The notes under the pieces are model-generated. The model saw only the letters and a program-made list of their open reading frames with translations, ran no database searches and had not been told where the DNA came from. Source: Pseudomonadota bacterium (lineage in GTDB: Bacteria; Bdellovibrionota_B; Oligoflexia; Oligoflexales; CAIMVM01). From it: a stretch of 64,000 bases of DNA. Location of the stretch: positions 1-64,000 of the forward strand of contig JBAXBA010000009.1 of NCBI GenBank assembly GCA_037142195.1, in the 5' to 3' direction. Made by a program: the position numbers and the translations under genes. Below are positions 9,499 through 19,287 of the stretch, piece by piece (within the stretch, counting starts at the first letter, position 1; each line of letters starts with the position of its first letter).

Positions 9499-10521
9499 CT
9501 ATTCTTCAGATTTAGGATCTCGATTGATAACCTTTTTAAAGGCTTCACCTATGGCAACGCCTTCATAAAGAACCTCATTCACAGCAAAAGTAAGCGGAGC
9601 ATCGATATTTAAATCCATTGCAATTTGTTTGGCTGCCTTTGCTGTATAGACGCCTTCTGCGACAGATCCCAAGGCTTTAAGCGTATCATCTAACGACTTG
9701 CCTTTAGCTAGGTGAAAACCTGTGGAATAATTACGACTTTTTTCCGAGGTACATGTAAGAAACAAATCACCTACACCGGAAAGTCCCATAAAAGTTTGTT
9801 TTTGAGCTCCTAAGGCCTGACCAAATCTTGCCATTTCAGCAAGCCCCCTGGTTATGAGAGCAGCCATCGTATTTACTTGAAACCCAAAACCGACGCAGGC
9901 TCCTGCTGCTATGGCAACCACGTTCTTAAGTGCTCCTGCAACCTCAAGTCCCTTAGGGTCAGGGGAGGTGTAAATTCTAAAAAAAGGATCATGAAGGAGA
10001 GTCTGCGCAGAAAGAGCACTTGCTGGGTTATAGCTTGCAATGGCTACGGCCGTAGGCTGTTTTTCCATGACCTCTGCCGCAAAGCTTGGCCCAGAAAGTA
10101 CCGATGCGTTAAGGAAGGCCTTCTCGCCAAACTCTGCTTTAATAATATCTAAGGGAAACATTTTGCTGCTAATGTCAATGCCCTTAGAAGCGCAAATAAG
10201 AGGAATATCGACAAGTGGCGTCTTTGAAAAGTCTCTCAGAACACTGGAAATTGCCTGCACCGGAATCACGATAATGGCATGACTCATGTTAGAAAAGTCG
10301 ATATCTGCAACTTCCGATGTCGCCCTGATGGTTAAGGGGAGCAGGTATTGGGGCAAATATTTCAAGTTTCTATGTTCTTTATTGATTCCTTCGACCACCT
10401 CAGTCGATCGATCAAAAATTACAACTCTTTTACCCTTACCTGCTAGATGGAAAGCCAGGCAAGTACCAAAATTACCTCCCCCGATAACTAAAACCTTTTG
10501 ATTTTCATTGCTTAAATTCAT
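9499..10521 (-). CDS. gpsA: NAD(P)H-dependent glycerol-3-phosphate dehydrogenase
   Basis: GGGNFGT, SKGI, LSGPSFA, GALKNVVAIAAG, GDLFLTC, SRNY. Confidence 0.95.
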   Translation of the reverse strand: MNLSNENQKVLVIGGGNFGTCLAFHLAGKGKRVVIFDRSTEVVEGINKEHRNLKYLPQYLLPLTIRATSEVADIDFSNMSHAIIVIPVQAISSVLRDFSKTPLVDIPLICASKGIDISSKMFPLDIIKAEFGEKAFLNASVLSGPSFAAEVMEKQPTAVAIASYNPASALSAQTLLHDPFFRIYTSPDPKGLEVAGALKNVVAIAAGACVGFGFQVNTMAALITRGLAEMARFGQALGAQKQTFMGLSGVGDLFLTCTSEKSRNYSTGFHLAKGKSLDDTLKALGSVAEGVYTAKAAKQIAMDLNIDAPLTFAVNEVLYEGVAIGEAFKKVINRDPKSEE

Positions 10522-10553
10522 ACTTTTCCACCTAGATAATCGCTTGGACTGCT

Positions 10554-12311
10554 TTAATCGTTATTTAGTGGAAGATGTTTTAACTTCAGTTCATCCATTT
10601 GCTTTTGATCCAATGGTGCAGGACTTCCATCAAGGGGAAATATTCCTGTATTATTGCATGGAAAGGCAATCACTTCTCGAATGGAGTCTTCATCGCACAT
10701 GATGGCTGTAAGACGATCTAGACCCATGGCACAGCCTCCGTGAGGAGGGGCTCCATATTCAAATGCCCGCATCAAGAAACCAAACTTAGACTCGGCCTCC
10801 TCTTCAGGCATTTTTACAATGTTCAAAATCTTACGTTGAAGTTCCGGACGATTGATTCGAATGGAACCTGAAATCAGTTCCACACCATTCAGAACTAAAT
10901 CATATAGTTGACCACGAACTTTTCCTGGCTCTGAATCCAGCCACTTCATGTCTTCCGCTAAGGGATGGGTAAACAAATGGTGCATGGCGTCATAAGCTCC
11001 TCGTTCTTCATTCCACTCGAAAAGCGGAAACTTATTCACCCATAGAAAATCATATTTTGACTTATCAATCAGATCAAATTTTCTGCCCGCATAAAGCCTA
11101 ATTTGAGCAAGGGCTGCACAAGCTTTTTCGTATTTATCGGCAACAAAGAATAAAACTGAGTCATTGGTAAGGTTAAAGATGTCCTTAATAGCTTCATTGG
11201 AGTTTAAAAACTTAGAAATGCCGCCGCTAAATTCTGAGCCGTTCCATTTCACCCAGGCTAAACCTTTAGCTCCATACTTTTTTGCAAGTTCCGTAAGTTC
11301 ATCAATTTCTTTTCTTGAAAACTCAGACCCTTTATCTATGCACAGTGCCCTAACGGTTTCAGCCTCCTGAAATGCTGGAAAGCCTAGGGTCTTAGCCCAG
11401 CCGGTTACAGTAACTAATTCCAGGCCAAAACGCCGATCAGGCTTATCGATGCCGTATTTTTCCATAACTTCAGCATAGGAAACTACAGGAAATGATTCAG
11501 GGATCGCTACGCCCTTCAATTTTTTAAAAACTGGTTTCAAATAGGCCTCTACCACGGAAAAAACGTCCTGTTCTTCTACGAATGTCATTTCCATATCGAT
11601 TTGAGTATGAACCGGAACCCGGTCGGCCCTAAGGTCTTCATCGCGGAAGGCTTGAGCAAACTGAAAATAACGGTCACAGCCAGATATCATAAGCATCTGC
11701 TTATAAAGCTGGGGGCTTTGCGGCAGAGCGTAAAAAGTACCTGGATGAACTCGAGAAGGAACGACAAAGTCTCTGGAGCCTTCCGGGGTGGAACGAATCA
11801 AAAGTGGGGTCTCAATTTCTAGAAATCCTAAGGAATTAAAAACATCCCTTACAATTTGAATAATGTCGTGTCGGACCTTCAAATTTCGCTGCATTTTGGC
11901 ACGCCTTAAATCTAAGTAGCGATACTTGAGGCGTATATCGGACGCTACATTCTGATCATCTCGCACCTGAAAGGGAAGTTCTTGGGGAGCTTGATTCAGT
12001 ATGTTGACACTAGTTACGACAAGTTCTACAGCCCCTGTCGCTTGCTCATGATTGATGTCCTTTTCACGCCGAAGACGAACGGTTCCAGATATCTGAACGC
12101 AAGTTTCAAAACGCAAGGTCCTAAGATCCGCCATAATCTGATCATTGCCCGTACCTAGCTCATACACACACTGGGTGACGCCGTAACGATCCCTAAGGGT
12201 CAAGAAATAGATTTGACCGATGTCACGGTAACGATCTACCCATCCACAAAGTGTTACCGATTTTCCATCATGGTTCGGTCTCGCGTCACCACATGTTTGA
12301 CTTCTGAGCAT
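10554..12311 (-). CDS. aspS: Aspartate--tRNA ligase
   Basis: LRDRYG, YRYLDLRR, PEGSRDF, LPQSPQLYKQMLM, FRDEDLRADR, PPHGG. Confidence 0.97.
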   Translation of the reverse strand: MLRSQTCGDARPNHDGKSVTLCGWVDRYRDIGQIYFLTLRDRYGVTQCVYELGTGNDQIMADLRTLRFETCVQISGTVRLRREKDINHEQATGAVELVVTSVNILNQAPQELPFQVRDDQNVASDIRLKYRYLDLRRAKMQRNLKVRHDIIQIVRDVFNSLGFLEIETPLLIRSTPEGSRDFVVPSRVHPGTFYALPQSPQLYKQMLMISGCDRYFQFAQAFRDEDLRADRVPVHTQIDMEMTFVEEQDVFSVVEAYLKPVFKKLKGVAIPESFPVVSYAEVMEKYGIDKPDRRFGLELVTVTGWAKTLGFPAFQEAETVRALCIDKGSEFSRKEIDELTELAKKYGAKGLAWVKWNGSEFSGGISKFLNSNEAIKDIFNLTNDSVLFFVADKYEKACAALAQIRLYAGRKFDLIDKSKYDFLWVNKFPLFEWNEERGAYDAMHHLFTHPLAEDMKWLDSEPGKVRGQLYDLVLNGVELISGSIRINRPELQRKILNIVKMPEEEAESKFGFLMRAFEYGAPPHGGCAMGLDRLTAIMCDEDSIREVIAFPCNNTGIFPLDGSPAPLDQKQMDELKLKHLPLNND

Positions 12312-12351
12312 ATATTTACCTTTATTTACTGAGCATCATAAGAAAATCTAA

Positions 12352-13629
12352 CTATTTAGCGGAAGCTAGCTTCTCAAAAACTTTTCTGGGAACAACCATT
12401 AAATCCGGTTGAACTTCCGTTCCTACATTAACATTTTCGGTGGACTTCGACTCAAAGACGAAAAGCTTTCTTTTTTCGCCCTTTGAAGTCTCCAAATCAA
12501 TGGTCCACTCCGGCTTTTTAGAAGACTTCTTGTCATTTTTCTCAAAGCCTGTCGCACGGGCAAAGTCTAAATCCATTACAAACGCCGCGGCATCTACACC
12601 GGTTGGTTTAACACTCCCATTAGCGCCTTCTTCCCATTTTTCGCCAGTTTTTTTAAAGGAATGGCCATTAACTTTAAAAGCATTCAATTCAGCTATTGGC
12701 AAATCCAAAACTTTTTTAGCCCTAAAGTCGGCTAGAGGTTTTTCTAAAACTTGTTTAGAGGCAGAGTCAATATCATAGCCTAGGCCTTTTTCCGTATGAA
12801 TGATTCGAAGCTTTCCAGCGACTTCTCCGCCTGCTCCGCTAAATAGGACTTCACCTTTAGAGTTTGCGAATATCAACTTCGGCAGACCCTTGTCAGTGGG
12901 TGATGGGTTCGTAAAGCCCGCGGCCTTAATTGCAAGAAGATCGGCCAACCATGAATCTACCGCCGAAGCATCCGCAGTAAAGTCACCTGTTGAGTTCTTA
13001 ATCGTCCATCCACTTGAAGTGCGGCTTAGCTTCATAGCGTTGAACTCAATTGAAGAAACATTTGCTGGATCCATGGAAAGGATAGTCTTGCTTCGAAGAT
13101 CTACTATCGTTTTTGAAGTTGCCGATAATAGATGCTGATTGGCGACCAAAACTTCATTAGGCTTAAGAGACTGTCTCACATAAACGGAATAGCCCACGGG
13201 AGACTTTCCACCAAACCAAAAATGAATCACTTCTCCATTGGCTTTGGTTAAGGAGACTTTCCTGGCAGCATCTTCTGATACGCCATAACCCGCAAAGGCC
13301 TCCTCGCCGACGCCAGCAACTTTCGTATAGGTAAAATCGGCTAAAAGCTTGATCATGGTGTCCACAACTGCAGCGTCTGCCGCACCATTCTCCGGGGAGA
13401 CTAAAGCCCAAGAACCTTCATTCTTCTTTAAGGAAACGAAAGCGGGCACATCTGTAGTTACCGGGTTCTTGATCTCAATCCCGGTTATATCTTCAGGCTT
13501 AAACTCTACGACCTTTTTCTCGGCAGATGACTCTTTACTAGATTCCGTCTTGTAATGGTCCCAAACTCCGATAGCTAAAAGCGCAAGAATGGTTATTACG
13601 AGGATGATCCATAACTTTTTAGGCCTCAT
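12352..13629 (-). CDS. DUF4340 domain protein
   Basis: N-terminal TM, repeated W...AD...V modules, GGKSPVGYSVYVR, DLRSK/DFRAK; ATGA overlap with the GldG-like gene. Confidence 0.75.
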   Translation of the reverse strand: MRPKKLWIILVITILALLAIGVWDHYKTESSKESSAEKKVVEFKPEDITGIEIKNPVTTDVPAFVSLKKNEGSWALVSPENGAADAAVVDTMIKLLADFTYTKVAGVGEEAFAGYGVSEDAARKVSLTKANGEVIHFWFGGKSPVGYSVYVRQSLKPNEVLVANQHLLSATSKTIVDLRSKTILSMDPANVSSIEFNAMKLSRTSSGWTIKNSTGDFTADASAVDSWLADLLAIKAAGFTNPSPTDKGLPKLIFANSKGEVLFSGAGGEVAGKLRIIHTEKGLGYDIDSASKQVLEKPLADFRAKKVLDLPIAELNAFKVNGHSFKKTGEKWEEGANGSVKPTGVDAAAFVMDLDFARATGFEKNDKKSSKKPEWTIDLETSKGEKRKLFVFESKSTENVNVGTEVQPDLMVVPRKVFEKLASAK

Positions 13630-15191
13630 GCTGAACGCCTCCTCATCCAAAATACGAGAGACGCACCTAAAAATAGAAACGGATAAATGTAGCTAAGGCT
13701 ATAGAACCCAATCAATGCGGAACCCGTATTCATGGATAATGTGCTTTCAGCCTGTTCTTTAGTAGGTACTGAAATAAAATCGCCATCTTGGCTCAACCAA
13801 GACATGCTCGAAGCAAATAAGTCACGGTGGGCTGCAGACATCATCAGCCCTTGATTATTTACAAGAAAACTTGATCCTATCACTAATAAGCGGGCTTCCT
13901 TTTCACCGGATTCAGTTTTCACTTTCTTGGTAACAGCTGAAATGGCATCAAAACTACCCTTATCTAGTCTATCTTGGGTTAGATTTTTCAAATCTTGCTC
14001 AGAATTAACTCCACGAATCCGCACAACAACTTCAGAAGTTTTTGCGAGAGAGTCGACAGTATACCCTGCAGGTTCACCGACCTTTTCAATGGTTCTTAAA
14101 AAGGGAAGCATAACGTCCACTGAACCGCGTTTTGCTAGGTCTCTGGTGGCGCCATGGGTTTTATTGAATCCGGAAATAATTCCATTGTTTTGCCCATAAA
14201 GCTGAGCCCTAGGGTCGTTGGGATTCATGATAACTAAGTCATTGCTATATTTAAGACCATAATTCGCTAGAAATGTATTCACGTTCGCCATTTCTTTAAC
14301 GGCATCAATAGCGACGATCAGCGCTCCACCATTTTCGATATAGGTCTTTAAAAAGCCGACTTCCTGCTCTTTAATGTCATACTTGGAACCGGCAAGAATC
14401 ACAACATCAGCGTCCTTTGGTACCGACCCTGATTCTAAAAGCTGAAGTGATTTGACTTCAAATTTCTGACTTTCTAAAAGCTGCAAAGCCACCTGAAATC
14501 CTTGTCCTTCTTGACTTGTGGTTTCCCCTTCACCATGACCGCCAATAAAGTATACTTTTTTGCCTCCGTCTTTCATCACGTTAGAAAGAGCGTTGGTGAT
14601 TTTTTCCTCGTTGAACGTAGTAATTCGGGCTTCTCTACCTTTATTCTTGAAAATGACGGTATTACCTGCAGTTAACTTTTCTGATTGAGCTAAAATAGGC
14701 TCTTTATCGGGATCTACATACTTGGCGTTAATAGTTGCGCCAGATCTCTGATAAAGGTCTAAAAAAGACTTAAATTCATCTTTTTGAGCTTCATCCTGGA
14801 AAAAAGCCAATACTTCAATTTCAACTTTATCCTGTTTCAGCTTTTTGACAAATGTCAAACTAGCTTCACTTAAAGTATTGTTTCCTTTGGAGGTTGCATC
14901 GAATTGTTTATTTAGATTGGGGCGCGTGGAAAGGTAACCAGCCCCAATAATAATTGCTAAAACTGCAAGTAGGGTTATTCCGGAGGAGGTTCCGTACTTC
15001 GCGCCCTTTCTAGCAAACATACGTTTAAAATTATCAAGGTCGGACCACACCCATCCTGCCAATAAAAGAATTCCAAGCGCTAAACCTACCCACTTCAACC
15101 ACTCGACAGAAGGAAAAGCATTGCCTAATGCAACACCAATGGCACACGTAAATACTGCGATAAAGGGAAGAACAACCGTTAAAAATTTCAT
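13626..15191 (-). CDS. GldG-like ABC transporter auxiliary protein
   Basis: YVDPDKEP, EEKITNAL, KVYFIGGHGE, VPKDADVVILAG, C-terminal TM ending WMRRR. Confidence 0.85.
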   Translation of the reverse strand: MKFLTVVLPFIAVFTCAIGVALGNAFPSVEWLKWVGLALGILLLAGWVWSDLDNFKRMFARKGAKYGTSSGITLLAVLAIIIGAGYLSTRPNLNKQFDATSKGNNTLSEASLTFVKKLKQDKVEIEVLAFFQDEAQKDEFKSFLDLYQRSGATINAKYVDPDKEPILAQSEKLTAGNTVIFKNKGREARITTFNEEKITNALSNVMKDGGKKVYFIGGHGEGETTSQEGQGFQVALQLLESQKFEVKSLQLLESGSVPKDADVVILAGSKYDIKEQEVGFLKTYIENGGALIVAIDAVKEMANVNTFLANYGLKYSNDLVIMNPNDPRAQLYGQNNGIISGFNKTHGATRDLAKRGSVDVMLPFLRTIEKVGEPAGYTVDSLAKTSEVVVRIRGVNSEQDLKNLTQDRLDKGSFDAISAVTKKVKTESGEKEARLLVIGSSFLVNNQGLMMSAAHRDLFASSMSWLSQDGDFISVPTKEQAESTLSMNTGSALIGFYSLSYIYPFLFLGASLVFWMRRRSA

Positions 15192-15961
15192 TATTTCCAC
15201 CTTCTTGAATCTAGAGTTACCGTTGTGAAGAAAAGAAACATCGCTGTAAACAACACAAAAAACATGCTATCGCCGACGGTAATAAGACCTTTGAAAAAGA
15301 CATCCAAATGCTTGGTTGTCCCGAAGTATTGAAGGACACCTTCAATTTGACCGCCAGAAGTTGTAACTGCCTTCGAAATAAAGTCGAGCACCAACATCAT
15401 AAAGAGACCGAACATCGTAAATATAAATGCTAAAAACTGGTTTTTAGTAAGAGAAGAAATCCATATTCCTAGGCTGATTTGGGCACAAATCAATAGAAAC
15501 AGGCCTAAATAAGAACTCATGACAACTCCCATATCAGGTGTGCCGTGAGCTTTTAAAAATAATGGGTAACCAATGGATAGAAGAAGAACAAAGCCCATCA
15601 ACCCAGCAGCGGCAGCAAACTTACCCAGCACTATTTCATAGGCTTTGATGGGAGCTGTTTGTAACAGTCTTAGAGTCTGTGACTTTTGTTCTTCCGCAAA
15701 AGTTCCCATGGTTACTGCAGGTACTATAAGTATCAAAATAAAGTGGAGATTATAGAACATTGCTTTAATAAGCTGCTCCATCGTGGGAGCCCCACCTCCT
15801 CCCATCATGCCAGCGCGGGCCTGAAATTCGATGAAAGTCTTTACAAAACTTGAGAAAAATAGCCCCATAAACAATAAGAAGAAAAACAATACGGCTCCCG
15901 ACTTGGGAGTAGCAAATCCAGATTTAAAATCTCTTTTAGCAATAGTCATTATGGAATTCAT
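15191..15961 (-). CDS. ABC-2 type permease (GldF-like)
   Basis: IAKRDFKS, TMGTFAEEQKSQTLRLLQTAP, IVLGKF, SSLTKNQ; multiple TM segments. Confidence 0.88.
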   Translation of the reverse strand: MNSIMTIAKRDFKSGFATPKSGAVLFFFLLFMGLFFSSFVKTFIEFQARAGMMGGGGAPTMEQLIKAMFYNLHFILILIVPAVTMGTFAEEQKSQTLRLLQTAPIKAYEIVLGKFAAAAGLMGFVLLLSIGYPLFLKAHGTPDMGVVMSSYLGLFLLICAQISLGIWISSLTKNQFLAFIFTMFGLFMMLVLDFISKAVTTSGGQIEGVLQYFGTTKHLDVFFKGLITVGDSMFFVLFTAMFLFFTTVTLDSRRWK

Positions 15962-15976
15962 ATTTAACCTCTCTAT

Positions 15977-16900
15977 TTATCGAGTTAGTTGATAGAAAAC
16001 ATCTTCAAGACTTTTTGAAGTCTGCGATAACTCTCGAAGCCCAAAACCGCCATCAACCACCGTCTTCGCGACCCTGTCTAGTCCCATTTCATTTGCCGAA
16101 GACAAATTGAAGGAAATAGAGCGATCATCAGATAACTTTAACTCGGAAATTTCTGGAAGATTGCGGAGAGCTGCCAAGGCATTTTCATAGCTATTTCCTA
16201 CCCGTACTTTGTAGGCACGCTTGCCTTCAAACTTCGAAGTTAAATCTTCATAAGTCCCGTGAGTTACTACCTTTCCACGATTAATGATAATAATAGAGTC
16301 AGCCACATTTTGTATTTCAGACAAAATATGGGAACTCAATAGGACCGTGTGATCTCCCCTTAAACTTTTTATAAGTTCCCGCATCTGAAGTATTTGATGG
16401 GGATCTAAGCCCTCTGTCGGTTCATCGAGAATTAACACTTCAGGATCATGAACAAGCGCTTGCGCGAGTGCGACTCTCTGTCTGAAGCCCTTGGACAAGT
16501 TGCCTACTAACTTCCCTCTAACTTCCCCTAAAGACAACCGTTCCAAGACTTGACTCAGTCTTGATTTGATTTTACTGGAATGAAGTCCATTAATTTCTGC
16601 TGAAAACTTTACGGATTCTTGAACAGTCAATTCTCCATAAAGAGGGGGAACATCTGGTAGGTACCCTAAACGTCGTTTCGCTTCCAGATCTTGATCCGTG
16701 ATGTCGTAACCAGCGATTTTGACCTCTCCTTGGTCGGCTCCAATACAGCCGCAAAGGATATCCATCGTTGTGGTCTTTCCTGCCCCGTTGGCGCCTAGGA
16801 AGCCGACTACTGTGCCTTTAGGCACAACGAAGGAAACACCTTCTAAAACCCGGTTTGCACCGAAGCTTTTAGATAAACCAGATACTTCAATCATATTCAC
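15977..16900 (-). CDS. ABC transporter ATP-binding protein (GldA-like)
   Basis: GANGAGKTT, LSKGFRQR, LILDEPT, SSHIL. Confidence 0.92.
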   Translation of the reverse strand: MNMIEVSGLSKSFGANRVLEGVSFVVPKGTVVGFLGANGAGKTTTMDILCGCIGADQGEVKIAGYDITDQDLEAKRRLGYLPDVPPLYGELTVQESVKFSAEINGLHSSKIKSRLSQVLERLSLGEVRGKLVGNLSKGFRQRVALAQALVHDPEVLILDEPTEGLDPHQILQMRELIKSLRGDHTVLLSSHILSEIQNVADSIIIINRGKVVTHGTYEDLTSKFEGKRAYKVRVGNSYENALAALRNLPEISELKLSDDRSISFNLSSANEMGLDRVAKTVVDGGFGLRELSQTSKSLEDVFYQLTR

Positions 16901-17180
16901 CCCATCGTCTCGTTATAGCCAATTAAATTGAATTTATTTATTGCCCTACACTTTATGCCAAAGAATATTTAAGAACAAGATGAGTAATTTCATTTTACTT
17001 AAGTAAATTGACTATTATTCGAACAATCCCTATGTGCTCTGTAGCAGCTTAGTAAATAGACATTAAAATTTTATGGGTAAGCGTTCTCAAAAAAGAGAGA
17101 ACCTGCTAAAATTGTTAGTGAACTTGTTTATACAGCTGCAAGTAGATAAACTTCAGCCAGCTAATTAGGGAGCGAAAGAA

Positions 17181-17489
17181 ATGACTCTTACAAAAGATGT
17201 ACTTATCGAGATGATCAGAGATAAAGTTGGCTATCCGGTAAAGGAAGCTAAAGAAATCTTGGAGATGATCCTAGAAGAGCTCAAGATGAAGCTTGAAAAC
17301 GGAACTGAAGTAAAGATTTCCGGCTTTGGAAAATGGAGCATCAAAGAAAAGCGCTCTCGACCTGGCCGAAATCCACACACGGGCCGTAAAATTGAAATAA
17401 GCGCCCGAAGGGTTGTGAGTTTTAGCCCTTCAGATAAGCTTCGAGAATCCGTTAATGGAACTTGGACTGGCGGCGAAGTTAACGATTGA
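17181..17489 (+). CDS. ihfA: Integration host factor subunit alpha
   Basis: MTLTK, VKISGFGK, RPGRNPHTG, ISARRVVSF. Confidence 0.85.
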   Translation: MTLTKDVLIEMIRDKVGYPVKEAKEILEMILEELKMKLENGTEVKISGFGKWSIKEKRSRPGRNPHTGRKIEISARRVVSFSPSDKLRESVNGTWTGGEVND

Positions 17490-17545
17490 TGTATCGCAGA
17501 TACGGTGTAGGATGTTGCAGCTAACTTTCTAAGGCTGAACAATTT

Positions 17546-18127
17546 ATGCGTCTGGATAAAATATATACAAAAATAGGTGACGGTGGCACGACTCTTCTTG
17601 CCAATGGCGAAAAGATAGGCAAGTCAGCGCAGAGAATAGAAGCATATGGAGCGGTTGACGAGTTAAACTCGTTCGTCGGTCTGTTAGTTGATGAATTGTC
17701 TAGCCATCCTAAAAATGATGGTATTTCCAAGATCATCAGCTCGTCTATACTTATTCAGAATGAACTTTTCGATCTCGGTGGTGAACTTGCCACTCCTGCA
17801 AAGGCGCTAAGGTTAGATCTTCAGAAGGTAGTGGGGCCTGCCGAAATCAGTCGCCTAGAATTAGAAATGGACACATGGACTGCAAGCCTGCCGCCACTTA
17901 AAAACTTTGTGCTTCCTGGTGGTTGCAAAGCTAATTCTCTAGCTCATGTGTGCCGAACCGTGGCGCGACGTGCTGAAAGAGAGATTGTGAGACTGGCTGC
18001 AGAAGATGAAATCCGAAAAGATTGCCAAATATATGTAAATAGACTTTCTGATTGGTTCTTTTTAGCGTCTCGTTCCATTTCCAAAATCAATGGTGTTCCA
18101 GAGGAGTTATGGAAGCAAAAAAGGTAG
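17546..18127 (+). CDS. PduO-type cob(I)alamin adenosyltransferase
   Basis: KIYTKIGDGGTT, RIEAYGAVDELNS, QNELFDLG, FVLPGG, RTVARRAER, NRLSDWFF. Confidence 0.93.
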   Translation: MRLDKIYTKIGDGGTTLLANGEKIGKSAQRIEAYGAVDELNSFVGLLVDELSSHPKNDGISKIISSSILIQNELFDLGGELATPAKALRLDLQKVVGPAEISRLELEMDTWTASLPPLKNFVLPGGCKANSLAHVCRTVARRAEREIVRLAAEDEIRKDCQIYVNRLSDWFFLASRSISKINGVPEELWKQKR

Positions 18128-18429
18128 TGAATTCGCCTGCTCTACCCATCCTCATTGGACTTATATTTCTATTTCTTCCAAGCATAAAGGCACTTATAGC
18201 CGTCGTAGCTTTGAGTTTAAATGGGCCTAAATTAGACGCCGTAAGCCACAGTGCCCCCAGAGAATTGCAACGCTTCTTTTACAAATTTGGAGTCCTCGTT
18301 GAACTTAACTCAATCAAGGGAGTCGGTGCAAACAAGTATTTGGAGGTAGAAGTTCCTCTAGCCGTTAATGTACCATTTACAGGTCATTGGCGCACAAACA
18401 CGACCATGCGGGTTAGAGTCGACAATTAG
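18127..18429 (+). CDS. Small hypothetical membrane-anchored protein
   Basis: Fills the gap after pduO; N-terminal hydrophobic stretch; start (GTG 18127 or ATG 18109) uncertain. Confidence 0.5.
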   Translation: MNSPALPILIGLIFLFLPSIKALIAVVALSLNGPKLDAVSHSAPRELQRFFYKFGVLVELNSIKGVGANKYLEVEVPLAVNVPFTGHWRTNTTMRVRVDN

Positions 18430-18499
18430 AAAGAAATTCTAAACGCCACTATATAACCGACAAAAAACCACAAAATAACCCACAAAGAGAACTAAGTTC

Positions 18500-19246
18500 A
18501 TGCTTGTAGATCTAAAATCAAATTCAGACATTGGGCCTTCCATAGAAGCTCGTTTTAAAAATTTTGCTACAGCTGATAGATCAATTAGCGAAGCGACCGA
18601 TTTAATATATACATGGTGCTTTGAACATTTAGCACAAGAGTCTGCAATCAATGCACAGCAAGAGTTCCAACACCTTACCGGCAAGTTCTTTTCCGATGAT
18701 GATTTCTACAAGGTAAGAATTAAATATTTTATAGAGTATTTTCTACTAGACCGTCTTGAAAAATTTAATTTCTTAAACCACCTTACTTGTCCGGTTTATG
18801 CGTTGTATCAAGCCCCGTTTTTCAAAACACTACCCAAAGAAATTTTGCATTTTCTATTGGAGCTTAGGAATAGTCATCACAGTCTTTTTCAAGTCGTCGA
18901 TGTCAACCCGAACACCCTCCAAATTGTGGATCTTTTGTCACAAAGTCGGAATAAAATTTCCGTTCAGGCCGCCAAAAACCAGACTTTTGATGGAATTGAA
19001 AAAGCAGATATCTTTCAATGTCATATCTACAAGATAGACCACTCCTATTTAATAAGCGACGGATTGATTCTTCACTCCAGAAAAGCTGCCAAGACACTCC
19101 TGCAAATGGCCATTGATTTCAATACTAACAGACGGTTAACGTCGCTCCAGTTTTTGTTTCAACTCGCAAATGGCCAACTTATGATGGTACGTAGACTCTC
19201 AGTTTCTGCCAGTTATGCCTATCAGGCTTTAAAGTTAAATTCATAA
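18500..19246 (+). CDS. Hypothetical protein upstream of pilB
   Basis: 248-aa ORF co-oriented with neighbours; no recognised family. Confidence 0.7.
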   Translation: MLVDLKSNSDIGPSIEARFKNFATADRSISEATDLIYTWCFEHLAQESAINAQQEFQHLTGKFFSDDDFYKVRIKYFIEYFLLDRLEKFNFLNHLTCPVYALYQAPFFKTLPKEILHFLLELRNSHHSLFQVVDVNPNTLQIVDLLSQSRNKISVQAAKNQTFDGIEKADIFQCHIYKIDHSYLISDGLILHSRKAAKTLLQMAIDFNTNRRLTSLQFLFQLANGQLMMVRRLSVSASYAYQALKLNS

Positions 19247-19256
19247 CCTCCGAAAA
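19230..19256 (+). promoter_or_regulatory. sigma28 (FliA)-like promoter upstream of pilB
   Basis: TAAA-N15-TCCGAAAA versus consensus TAAA-N15-GCCGATAA; the -35 extends as TAAAGTT; ends 31 bp before the ATG. Confidence 0.55.
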
Positions 19257-19287
19257 GCTATCCAATACCCTAGTGGACGGCTAGCTT